Below, in pieces: positions 12,111 through 23,168 of a stretch of DNA of 64,000 nucleotides (the first letter of the stretch is position 1; each line of letters opens with the position of its first letter). Below the pieces are notes generated by a model, which ran no database searches, was not told the origin of the DNA, and saw only the letters and a program-made list of their open reading frames with translations. Both the position numbers and the translations under genes were made by a program. The DNA comes from Eledone cirrhosa (lineage: Eukaryota): the NCBI GenBank assembly GCA_964016885.1, contig OZ024740.1, positions 221,836,001-221,900,000 on the forward strand, written 5' to 3'.

Positions 12111-15100
12111 GGGGTAATGTGGAGCATAATAAGTCAATGTGAAAGAAAAAAATGTTATTTACAGGCATAGTTCTTGAAGATAAGCAGATCAAAATGTGTT
12201 AATATAGCAAGGGTGCTTAGTTGATCCATGATGGAGGCAAATGGTGGACTGGGGTTTGATATGATTTCCCTTTTTAGTTAATATGCAGGGGGAGGTAATT
12301 CATGCTGGATGATATTTAATTTATTTAAGAAAAAGGATTAGAGAGACATAGGTATTTGTAAATGTTTGATTGTTCGTTCTAGTTTTAGTTTAGACCGAAG
12401 TTTAGTGCATTAAGTAGAGGTTGCAATTTGTTAATGAAATACGTTTCCTTATTGGTACGATGGATGAAATTAGCGTTGTCTATGAATTTGTAAATGGGGA
12501 AAATTTTAAAGTTTCGATGTTGGTTGGGTGCACAATTGGCGATATGTTCACTAAATGCAATCTTTCTGTATTCCTGTATTTTGATTTGTGATTTATGGAC
12601 GGTCATACGTTGTCGGAGGCTGTTTTTTATCTGTCCTATGTAGTGCTCTTGACAACCTGAGCAGGTCAAAACATAGATTGGGTTTTCAGATGCACATGTA
12701 AAGTTGTGTTTAACTGTGAGATGTTGTCCTTGTTTAAAATGGGATGTTGAATCTTCTATTAGATTTATGCATATGCCACAGTTGGGCCTTCCACATTTTG
12801 TTACTGTAGGGTTCATTGTGAGGGTTTGTTGGATTTTGGCTTGCGTGAGGATGTTTTTTTATGGATTTAGGTTGTCTTTTGCTCTTCATGATGTTGTGTG
12901 TATGGAGGATTTTGTTCATTCTTGGGTCTCATTTTAGTAAAGAAATGTTCTGGAGGATGGTGTCGAATGCCTCATTGTTGAGGGGGTTCTGTGTAGAGAT
13001 GTATGGTAGAGTTTTCTGTGGCGGTTCATTCCTCTGTTTGGGGTGTCTCAGCTCCTGGATGTCGAGTTTTAGGGCTCGTTGGAATCCATTGTTGATTAGG
13101 GATGGTGGGTAGTTTCTGCTGATAAGTGTGTTTTTTAATTCTTCTAGTCGTGTGTAGCATGTGTATTTATCTGAAACTATTGCGCAGATCCTTCTGGCTA
13201 GGTTATAAGGAATTACCCTTTTGGTGTGTCTAGGGTGGCACGAGTTGAATGTAAGATATTGTTTGGAGTCTGTGGGTTTGTAGTATATGTCTGTTTTATA
13301 TTTTGGTGTCTGTTTTCTTGATGACGATGTCGAGGAAAGGGAGTTGTTCATGGCTGTAATCCATTGTGAATTGTAAGTTTGTGTTGAGTCCATTCAGAAG
13401 GGTTTTAAACTCAATCAGTCTATCTATACTTTCATGCCAGAGGATGAAGCAGTCGCCCAGATATCTCTTCCAGTTCTTTCTATGTGTTGGTAGAAGTGGT
13501 TGCCGTATTTGTCTAGAACTTTGCGGTAGAGAGTGGTTTCCAAATATCACATGACAAGGTTGGCGTATGAGGGGGCTACTTTCGTGCCCATGGCAGTCCC
13601 AGATTTCTGTCTGTAGTATTTGGCATTGAATTCGAAGAAATTGTTTTCCTAGATGAATTTGAGTCCCTCCAACACAAATTCTTTAGGTATGCGCTGTGGG
13701 AGTTCACTAGGGAAATTTTCAACCCAGAATTGTATTGCCTCTATACCTAGGTTGTGTGGGATATTGGAATATAAATTGATGACATCAAAGGTTACTATTA
13801 GGGTATGTTCATTATTGAGTGTTGTTGGGAGGTGGTTGAGCATGTCAAGCTCGTCCCTTGTGAAGCTTTTTATGTGTTTTAGGAAAGGTTTAAGCAGAAT
13901 ATCTAGGAAGTTGCTTAGGCGGTTGGTTTCACATGTGGTACTTGCTATTATGGGTCTTAATTTAAGGTCATTAGGAGGGGCTATATTGATGTAAATGTCT
14001 GTGGCTTGCTTGCAGGCCCTACCTATTACTTCGCTTTTGTGTGTCTTTGGGATACCGTAGAAAAGGATGGTTCTGCTTTTGAAATTGGTGATGTAGTTGT
14101 ATTCCTGTCTGTAAGGCCTTCTTTGTAAAGGGTTGTTAGGGATTTTAGGTTTCTCATTATTTTCTGTTGTGTGTATTGTTGGGCCTTTTCATATGTTTGG
14201 TTTTCTAGAGTTGAGAGTACTAGAGTCGTGTAATAATCTGACTCCATAAGGACTACTGCACTCCCTTTATCTGCCTCTTTGGTCGTTAGGGTTTTGTCGT
14301 TTTTTAGACTGTTAAGACCATTCCATTCTTTTTTGCTTAGGTTTTGTTTTTGTTTATGTCTGTGTAGGTAGTGGTATGGGTAATTAGTAATGTGTTCGCA
14401 GAATTGATCGAGGAATTTGTTCTTGCCTTTTGTTGGGGTGTAGTTGTTTCTATTTCTGGCTAATGAGTCATCCTCATTGTATTTGTCGTATAGTTGCTCG
14501 CTGAGTCTTAGTTTTCTACAGAATTCTGCAATATCTTCCTTCATTTTGGGGTAGTTTGGTTGTTGGGGTGTTGGTGTAAATTTTAGACCTTTGGAGAGTA
14601 TGTTGATTTGGTCTGTTGTTAATTCTTTACAGGTTAAATTAACACTTTTTATTACATTTTGTCTCCTGTGTGTATTGTGTTATCTTGTTATCCTGTGTCT
14701 GTGTGCTGTGTCTAAAAAATGATTACGGAAGTTGTGGTGGCTGTTGAAGTTTGGATGTCTCTTATGGTTGTATTGAGCCCTGTTGTTGTTAGATGGTGTG
14801 TAGCTGTGGTGGTTGTTGAAGTTAGGTTGTATCGTGTGGTTGTATTGAGCCCTGCTGATGTTGTAGGGTGTGTAGATATGATGGACGTGGTTATAGGGTG
14901 TGAAGTTGTGGTGGCTGTTGAAGTTGGGTTGTATCGTATGGTTGTACTGAGTACTGCAGTTGTTGTAGGGTGTGTAGACTTGGTGGTAGTTGTAGTAGTG
15001 TTGTCTTGTGTGGTTATATTGAGTCCTGCTGTTATATGGTGTGTAGCTATGGTGGCTGTAGTGGTTAGGGTGTCTCGTGTGGTTGTATTGTCCCCTGCTT

Positions 15101-15673
15101 GCGTTGTTGTAGTAGGATGTGGTTAGTGGGAGAGGGTAGATTAGAATTTCCTTATAGTTGGTGTGTGGTTGTGAGGCCCTATGTGACATGTGTGGTAGTT
15201 GTGTATTTTGGGTTCTATGTTGGAAGTAATGATGGTTGTGGGTTTGTTGTGTGGGGATGTTAGGGGGATTGTAAGTGTGGGGAATTCTATGGTTTCTCTT
15301 GGTGGGAGAGAAGTTGTAGTGTCTATCTTGTAGCTGATGTTTCTCTATTACGATATTTGTTGCTTGGGAATCCGTGTGGTGGTTGTGTGGAGGGTGTAGG
15401 AGGTAGGGGCGAGGTGATGCCTTCTTTTTTTGGAATGAGGGGAGGTATTGATTTTTTGTTGTTGGTTGTTGTGTAGTGTTTGGATGTTGATTGAGTTTTC
15501 TTGTTATTATGGTTTTAATGAAAGGGTTCTTGGAGTTGTCTTCTTTTTGGAAAAGTGTTTCATAGTTAGAGAACCAGGTTTCGTTTATTTCCCAACGTTG
15601 AAGGGATTTTACTTCTTCCTTATTAAAGTCCTCTAACCATAATTTTGAAATATTTTTTAGGGTGATGTCTTTG

Positions 15674-15710
<37 letters not shown>

Positions 15711-16417
15711 GGTAGAATACTAGAGTAGCGAAAAACCAGAGGACAGCCTAAGGCCAGATGTAATTATCTGATCCGATATCTCCGCCACACATCGTCAAAT
15801 ATGGCTAGAGATAGGAAGCGCTGGATATCAACTAGGGAGGGGTTCCTGCAATAGATTTGATAAAGCCCTGGATTTTGGATTTTAGATTTTGGATGTAACT
15901 TTACCCATAGTTCATAAGATAATTTGAAATTTAAGGTGAACCTTAGCTGGTGTATTTAGTAAAGACATACTTTTGATTCACCGTAAAAAGTAAACAAAGT
16001 GATTACACGTATGTTCTCACCATGCCTTGGAAAAAAAATCGATTTCGTTAGTTTCAAGCTATATTATGGTCCAAGTAGGAATCGTTTAGTTCTGTCAACA
16101 GACAGAATCATAGCTTATAGCAGTAAAGTATTCAGAAACTCAGTCAGAACAAAATTAGTCAGTGCAATTCACATAAGAGTGCACATGTTGGTAACGACAA
16201 TTAAGTAAATAATAGAAACACTCACAACGTTTTGTTTTGGTTAATGGTTGTGAGTAGTGACTCCTAAAAGTAAACTCCACCAAAGGTTTTTTTTCTTTCG
16301 GTACCTGGAAAAGATACCAATTCTTCCCCAAATTTTCATTACACACTCTGTCACACATGTACACACGCCCACTCATATACACGTGTGGTGTACGCTAATA
16401 TATATATATATGTATAT

Positions 16418-16637
16418 ATATTTATTAAAATAACAGATTAAAGTTTAAGCAAAGAATCGCTGCTTTCACCCTTAACGGGATCTTCAGAAGATCCCGTTAA
16501 GGGTGAAAGCAGCGATTCTTTGCTTAAACTTTAATCTGTTATTTTAATAAATATTTGCTTTACGGTTCTTATATATTTGATATATATTTATCCTTATCGA
16601 GCCCTCTTTGGATTTTAGTCTTCAATTTTATTATTAT

Positions 16638-16640
<3 letters not shown>
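16418..16640. mobile_element. Family D: perfect ~137-bp palindrome centred on a hammerhead core, plus a unique 3' tail, in (TA)n
   Basis: Centre ...GGGATCTTC-A-GAAGATCCC... at 16486. The minus strand reads CTGAAGA-TCCCGTTAAGGGT-GAAA-GC. Homologues are at 19338-19542 and 45936-45987. Confidence 0.8.
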
Positions 16641-16694
<54 letters not shown>

Positions 16695-16734
16695 AGTATA
16701 TATATATATATATAAATATATATATATATATGTC

Positions 16735-17830
16735 ATTCTGGTTACAATCAGAGGGAGAAAATCAGAGTATATAGAGGAGCCAGAAGCAAATGGGAAAACA
16801 TGGTAAATAATGACACAAATGGGACCTGTCCCTTGAATAGGAGCAAATTTTGGAATAGAATAGAAAGAACTAGGAATAAGGTTAATAGAATAAACTCATG
16901 GTATGATAGCAATAAATATCAGAGTGTAATGTTCATCGATACAACCCCTAGAGGTGGATTAGCTTACAAATTTAGAAGGGCCCTAGATAAACATAAACTC
17001 AATATTAAGATAGTAGAAATACCAGGTTCCTCCATAAAAACACTTATTAGCAATACATACCTTTTTCAAAGACCTCCCTGTATAGATAAGAAATGTATAA
17101 TCTGTAAACTAAGCCCCCATATTAACTGTAAAACTAGAAATGTAGTATATAGCATAAGATGTACGGAAGGACAATGTAGAGATAAGAATATAGTGTACAT
17201 AGGTGAGACAGAACGTAGTATAGGGGAACGGATAAATGAACACTGGCGAGAGCTTCAAGATAGTAAAGAATCATCTGTACTCCACCAACATGCTAAAATA
17301 GAACATAAGGATAAATTAGAGAACAGAAATAAAAAATAGAATCTATACACAGAAAAGACGCAATGTTTAGACAAATCACAGAGGCAATAAACATAAATGA
17401 ACTCCAACCAAAATTAAATAGAAAACATGAATGGAACAGCAATATCACAACTTACAATTAAGGAAAAATGAAAACATACACACACACACACAGAACAAAC
17501 AACCAACCAGTAACATAGTAACATGTAAATAAACAAATAAATAAACAAATATAAACACACACAGACACCCGGATGTACACATGTGCAAACTAAGCACACA
17601 ACACACATACAAACAAGAGGGCGTAGGACAGAACAAAGGAGAGGCACAAAAACAAAGAAAATAATCCCCAGTCACTGAAGAAGTCATAGAATGTGTGACG
17701 AAAGAACTTTGACAATATATGAACAATCGTCTGGTTGTGGAATCAACCAGCCAACCGGAAATTTACAAATTCCTAAATTTATAATAAATTGAAGTGAAAG
17801 CAACTGGTGCGTGTGTTCCTTACAAATATA
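16735..17830 (+). mobile_element. 5'-truncated Penelope-like element (GIY-YIG end plus 3' repeat)
   Basis: ORF 16800..17339: C..C.IC...CKTRNVVYSIRC...YIGETERSIGERINEH. An HHR follows downstream. Confidence 0.9.
17671..17713 (+). ncRNA. Minimal type-I hammerhead ribozyme
   Basis: GTCA-CTGAAGA-A-GTCATA GAATG TGTGAC-GAAA-GAAC-TT-TGAC: 4-bp stem I, 6-bp stem II, short stem III. Confidence 0.8.
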
Positions 17831-17834
17831 ATAA

Positions 17835-19030
17835 ATGAATGTAATAGATAAAATCCATGGGGCTGCAAATCAAAGACTGGAGGACGACCGCTATCCACCA
17901 TCTTCCACCTTTGCCGGTCGCCCTCAAGTGAGGTGGCTAAAGCTTATAGTGTGCTACTACCGGTCACATAGAGGAAAACAGAAAGGGCGAGGAAGATAAG
18001 TCAGCGTTAATATCATGCCACAAGAAAAAAGAAGGGGGAAGGAAGAAATGGAAGAAGAAGAAAAGTCAGGGTTAGTGTCCAGCTACAAGAAGAAAGACAG
18101 AAAGAAAGAGGAAGAAAGGTCGGTACTAATGTCAAACTACAGTCAGGCCAGGAATGTCGCGAAAAAGATTTATTCTAAGGGAGCCGTATCTTAACAACTA
18201 CTAGCGGTCAAATATAGGCAAACAAAAAGGCGGAGGAAGATAAGTCAGCGTTAATATCATGCCACAAAAAGAAAGACAGAAAGAAGGGGGAAGAGAAGGA
18301 AGAAAATGAAGAAGAAGAAAAGTCAGGGTTAATGTCGAGCTACAAGAAGACAGAAAGAAAGAGGAAGAAATGTCGGTACTAATGTCAGACTACAGTCAGG
18401 CCAGGAATAGCGCCAAAGATTTTTTTCGAAGGACCCGTATCTTAGCAGAGGTAAATATATTGGGGGTCTGTATGTTATAATGTGTGAGCAGAAGATTGGA
18501 ACGTTACATTTTTGTTTAGATTTGTAGGATGAAGTTAAAAAAATTATATTTAATATTAACATTATAAAATTAAAGAAATTAGAAAATTGAAAGTTAAACA
18601 GTTTAACATTTTTAAGGTTGCGAGGTTTAAGCAAAGAAAGAGTCTTTTATGAAAAAAACTTAAATTTTATTATAGAGTAAAGATTATGTCTTTGTTTAGC
18701 CGTCAAACAACATGCGGCGACTACAGGCATGCGCAGCCCATCCACTCCGAGTGATATCGCCTAGCGAAAGATATGGAAATCAATTTTTCCGAGCACTCTA
18801 GGAATGTATAACAGGCATCAGGTGCGCCAGCGGGAAGTCAGCCCTCATCGTTAGGCCATCCTTGTACAAAACCAGTACTATTCATTTACCCAGGAGGGGG
18901 ATTTGCTTAAGTAGAGGGAGGCGTGATACATCTAATAGTTATGATTAGATCTGTAATTTAAAGGTACTATATGGCGGTCAAAAATCCGGCTGCGCGCCGG
19001 GCCCCTTGGGCGAGTCAAGCCACTCCGAGT
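17835..19030 (-). mobile_element. Diverged partial copy of Family E (see 46979-49549) with an internal ~240-bp tandem duplication
   Basis: Collinear similarity to 47110-47970 (GTCGCCCTCAA.TG, TAATGTGTGA..GAAGA..GGAACGTT, TTTTTCCGAG.ACTCTAGGAA, CTCCGAGTA). GAGGAAGATAAGTCAGCGTTAATATCATGCC occurs at ~17989 and ~18233. Confidence 0.75.
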
Positions 19031-19059
19031 ATATATATATATATATATATTTTATATAT

Positions 19060-19258
19060 ATAACGAAGGAAGTGTGGTAAGGAACCAGATGGACCATAAC
19101 GCACCAGAGTACTCAATACTTAGGGTAGTAGAGTGGGTAATAGGAAAATGTATAACCCCGACGACAGAGCTCAAACCGTTTCGATGGCTATTTCTGGACT
19201 ATTCCAGAAATAGACGTCGAAACGGCTTGACCTCTGCCGTCGGGGTTATACATTTTCC

Positions 19259-19262
<4 letters not shown>
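19060..19262. mobile_element. Family A relative: fold-back of a hammerhead 3' half in (TA)n
   Basis: Palindrome 19141-19260. The right arm reads GAAA-CGGC TTGACCTCT GCCG-TC-GGGG. Confidence 0.65.
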
Positions 19263-19337
<75 letters not shown>

Positions 19338-19344
<7 letters not shown>

Positions 19345-19539
19345 TAACAGATTAAAGTTTAAGCAAAGAATCGCTGCTTTCACTCTTAACGGGATCTTCT
19401 AAGGGTGAAAGCAGCGATTCTTTGCTTAAACTTTAATCTGTTATTTTAATAAATATTTGCTCTACGGTTCTTATATATTTGATATATATTTATCCTTATC
19501 TAGCCCTCTTTGGATTTTAGTCTTCAAATTTATTATTAT

Positions 19540-19542
<3 letters not shown>
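19338..19542. mobile_element. Family D copy 2 (asymmetric fold-back)
   Basis: Near-identical to 16424-16640. The left arm ends at GGGATCTTC and the right arm starts at TAAGGGTGAAAGC. Confidence 0.85.
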
Positions 19543-19583
<41 letters not shown>

Positions 19584-19848
19584 CATGAAAATGCGAAGTA
19601 GTTTCAGATGTTCAAGTCCTTTATTCATAAGGCTCTGATACATATTACAATGACGTCTGTGGCCACGCGATTCCACCTAACCAGTGCCATGATCTCATCA
19701 AACAGCTTCTTATACAATAAGGTTACGTTCTCGAGGCAATTCACATTAACGCGACGAAGCAACGGACACGCATGATGTTATTGAAGCCTTCGCCCGTTCG
19801 CATTTTCTTTTCCTAAATATGTTCCGTCATTACTATGTGAAAAATATG

Positions 19849-19904
19849 TATACATAATGTATATGGTGGTGTATGTATACACCTACATACACCACCATAT
19901 ACAT

Positions 19905-19966
<62 letters not shown>

Positions 19967-20138
19967 CATACATACATATATATATATATAAAATATATAT
20001 ACATAGTGTACGTGGTGGTGTATGTACACACCTACATACACACCTACATACACCACCATATACATTATGTATGTATATATATATATATATATAATATATA
20101 TATATACATAATGTATATGGTGGTGTATGTAGGTGTGT
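19849..20138. repeat. Short ACATAATGTATATGGTGGTGTATGTA unit in two hairpins plus one half copy, interleaved with (TA)n
   Basis: Palindromes at ~19849-19912 and ~19998-20072, half copy at ~20104-20138. Confidence 0.8.
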
Positions 20139-20269
20139 ATGTTTGTGTGTGAGAGACAGACAGAGAAAGAGAGGAGGAAGAGGAGAGCGAACAAGAGGGA
20201 ACCATATCTTACTCGATTCTGTCAGCTCTGCCTATTATATGCTGACTTTCTTTAATTAAGATTTTATTT

Positions 20270-20870
20270 CTTTCATGCATTCTTCGTTTTCAGATTCTAA
20301 TATAGTTTTCATTATTTGAGGAATGAACTTGATGGCTGAAGATATAGACATAACATATAGAATTCAGACAGGCAACAAACATAATAGCCATGTCTGATAT
20401 TTCAGATTTAGATATTGCCATCGCAATACCAATTGTTGATGGCGTTACAATGCCACACTGGCGACCATTTTGATTTCCTATCTATTATGTCTTTCTTTCA
20501 TCGCCTGCTTCATTTCCTCGGGGATATTAGGTTATTTTCGATTTTCTCCCCCGGCTATAACTGCATTTACTTCCCACTGTTAATTTATTTGACTGGAGTA
20601 CTTCAATAGTCATAAGTTAGAGACTTCTTTGTATCCGTTAACTGTGGAAGTAATGTAAGGCAAGCCGGAATTACACTGTAAACTATGTCATTGCCTCATG
20701 ATTGTTATACATTTTGTACAGATAGTTTATTCATAGAACAGACGCGCAATAATGTTTAAAACCCTCAAATGCTCCGGGAATACACGTGTAAGAATGAAAA
20801 TGCAGTAAACCCATCTCTTCAAGTTAACAAGAATGGCATTATACAGTTATGTGATTTGCCAGAAAATTTT
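20270..20870 (-). pseudogene. Decayed class C (GABA-B-like) GPCR 7TM remnant, copy 2
   Basis: Minus-strand peptides NAILVNLKRWVYCIF (TM3 end), LQCNS...VNGYKEV.NL (ECL2/TM5 GYK) and DMAIMFVACLNSICYVYIF/IKFIPQI (TM7 F.P.), with stops and frameshifts. Confidence 0.45.
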
Positions 20871-21804
20871 CCTGAAATCCAATCCTAAAAATTGTAGGAC
20901 ACATAAAAAAATGAAGTCCAATATATAAAATCAAGAGGATTGGGCATGGCTGAAATGCATTGACGGTATATACGGAATTACAGAACTAAACAGCAGTAAA
21001 CAGCAACGACAACAAATGTCTACACCGCCTTGTTTATATACTGATGGTGGATACACCACCAGTTTCGCCAATAAGTGTTCAGATTTTCGTCAAATGAGCG
21101 TCTCTTAGAATTAACGTGTAGTTATTTGAGTAGTCCGGAGTAACATGTACCCTTAATGTAATTTTCCGTCTCAGTCGGTAAGACATAACACGCAACATAG
21201 CATGACATTTGAATCACTCGTATAAACGATTAGACGGGCTTCCACATGGTTTCCGACTACTCAATTTCCCACACATAGTTTCAGTGGACATTGCTTAATT
21301 AAGGTGCCACACCGTGAGATGGAACCCAGGACCTCATGATTATGAAGCGAAATTATTAATCATTCAAGGTTGCCTGTGTCAACATTAAGATCATGCATCA
21401 TGTACAGAATCTGGTGAAACCGATCCCATTCGTTCTATTCTCTGACGAATACGTTTGCAGAGTGAATCTAGCTGTTCTTGAATATTCCTATTACACAATC
21501 TTCACCATAAAACAATAAAAATATAGCAGTAAGTATAGCAGAGCTAAGAATAAGCATATAGAACCCTTTATCACTGATGTCAACGGAAAGAAAAATTAAT
21601 TAATAACTGAATACTGGAAAACACTTTATGTATGTTATTTTCCCAATCATTGTTTTTGAAGTTACCTGATTACATTAAAATTGAAACGTACGTAGACGTT
21701 AATAAAATGATTTGAAGTATCATCTTTGGTTTGTCAATCGATTTAAATATATACACATACTTACTCATACGCTTACACACACACACACATACTTACTCAT
21801 ACGC

Positions 21805-21900
<96 letters not shown>

Positions 21901-22887
21901 CACACACACTCCATCATCAATATTTAAAAAAATGTATATCATACAAAAAACGCCAACATCAACAGTTTTCCAAGAGTGGGCAACATGAATGGATCTGTTA
22001 TTTTTCTATAAAAAAATAATTTCTGTTTCCGCCCTGCCCGTCTCAACAATCTTTCTATTTCTTCTTTAATTTCTCATTCTTTCTTCTGCAGGAAGATAGT
22101 CTCAACGTCTGAAACCTTGAGACTCTCTTCTTGCAATTTCAAGCGTTAAACTAATATATTCCTTACATGTACTGTGCCGCCTGTTATTTTTGTTATTTTT
22201 GTTTACCTTTTACGTGTTGTGTATAAGTATAGGGGGTAGAGGGTCGAAGATGGTAGTAGAACTTGTTAGTAGCTGGTAGTGCTGGGTATGTATGTATAGG
22301 GGACACGGAGCGAAGGTAGATGGCCGGTGAGGTGGAGTTGGATAGGGGTTAATGGTGTTAATGGTGGGTGATAGGTACGTTAGTTAGTTAGTGCTGTTGA
22401 TAGGGTTAAAAGAGAGTCATATAGGTGTAACATGTAAACTGTTAGCGTGTGGGTATGTTGTAAGAGAGTTGGAGCGTGTGTTAGTGTGCGTATGTGTGTA
22501 TGTGACCTTTTTCTAGTGTTTCTATATATGTGAGTGTGTACGTTTATGTGTGTGTGTGGTGATACAGGGGTGAAAGTGACGGTGACGGGGTGGGACTTTG
22601 GTTATGTGTGTGTGGGTGGTAATTTAGGGAAGTGAGGTGGTAGAGTAGTGTTAATGGTGGATTAGGGTGGCCCGATAGTTGATTAGTTGGTGCCGTTAGT
22701 GGGGTAAAATAAGGGGGTCGTATGGGGGTAACTGGTGTAGGTTGTGTTGGTGAGTCTGTGTGAGGAAGAGAGTTGGGACATTTAGACCGCTTCTGGTGCA
22801 GGTACGGAGAAAAAATATTGTGCGCTGCTTATGTTTCAGGCGTGTCTCAGGGGTACATATAGAGACATCAGGGCAACAAGAAGCTGA

Positions 22888-23168
22888 CCATCGATCGCGG
22901 TAGTAGCGACGGGCGGTATGTGCAAAGGGCAGGGACGTGATCGACGCGGGTTGGTTCCAGGCCCCGATCACTATCACGGGAGGTGGGTCAGAGGTTTCCC
23001 GACCCTCTCGGGCCAGGAGAGTGGCGCCCACTGATACCTCCAGTGTAGCGTGCGTGCGGCCCCGGACATCTAAGGGCATCACAGACCTGTTATCGCTCCG
23101 CCTCGTGCGACTTTCTGCCTCCCGTCCCTCTAAGAAGCGCTGCGTTCGCCAACCCACTGGCCCGGCGC
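22888..23168 (-). pseudogene. 18S rRNA fragment (3' region) with an internal deletion; non-functional
   Basis: Reverse complements of universal 18S blocks GTAGTAGCGACGGGCGGT.TGT.CAAAGGGCAGGGACG and GCGGCCCCGGACATCTAAGGGCATCACAGACCTGTTAT, plus GTCCCTCTAAGAAG. Confidence 0.9.

Larger units (their letters stand above)
11480..15675 (-). mobile_element. Penelope-like element (RT plus Cys-rich linker plus GIY-YIG; Neptune-like), decayed
   Basis: ORF pieces LTTKEADKGSAVV, VTFDVINLYSNIP, WKRYLGD.F, YYKPTDSKQYL.F.SCHP.H, CGRPNCGIC and IYVLTC..C..HYIGQ..LRQRM..H, with multiple frameshifts. Confidence 0.93.

Noticed and set aside
11771-12192. Lys-rich or Phe-rich ORFs
   Set aside because: Artefact of the (GAAAAAA)n heptamer repeat.
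15700-16390. Possible very old PLE 3' remnant on the minus strand
   Set aside because: Only faint TKRC-like and TTGACGA traces, which is insufficient.
22088-22134. Strong hairpin GCAGGAAGA-TAGTCTCAA...TTGAGACT-CTCTTCTTGC
   Set aside because: No ribozyme core in the correct arrangement, and nothing else supports a function.
22888-23168. Functional rDNA unit
   Set aside because: Only ~280 bp, internally deleted, with no ITS, 5.8S or 28S.
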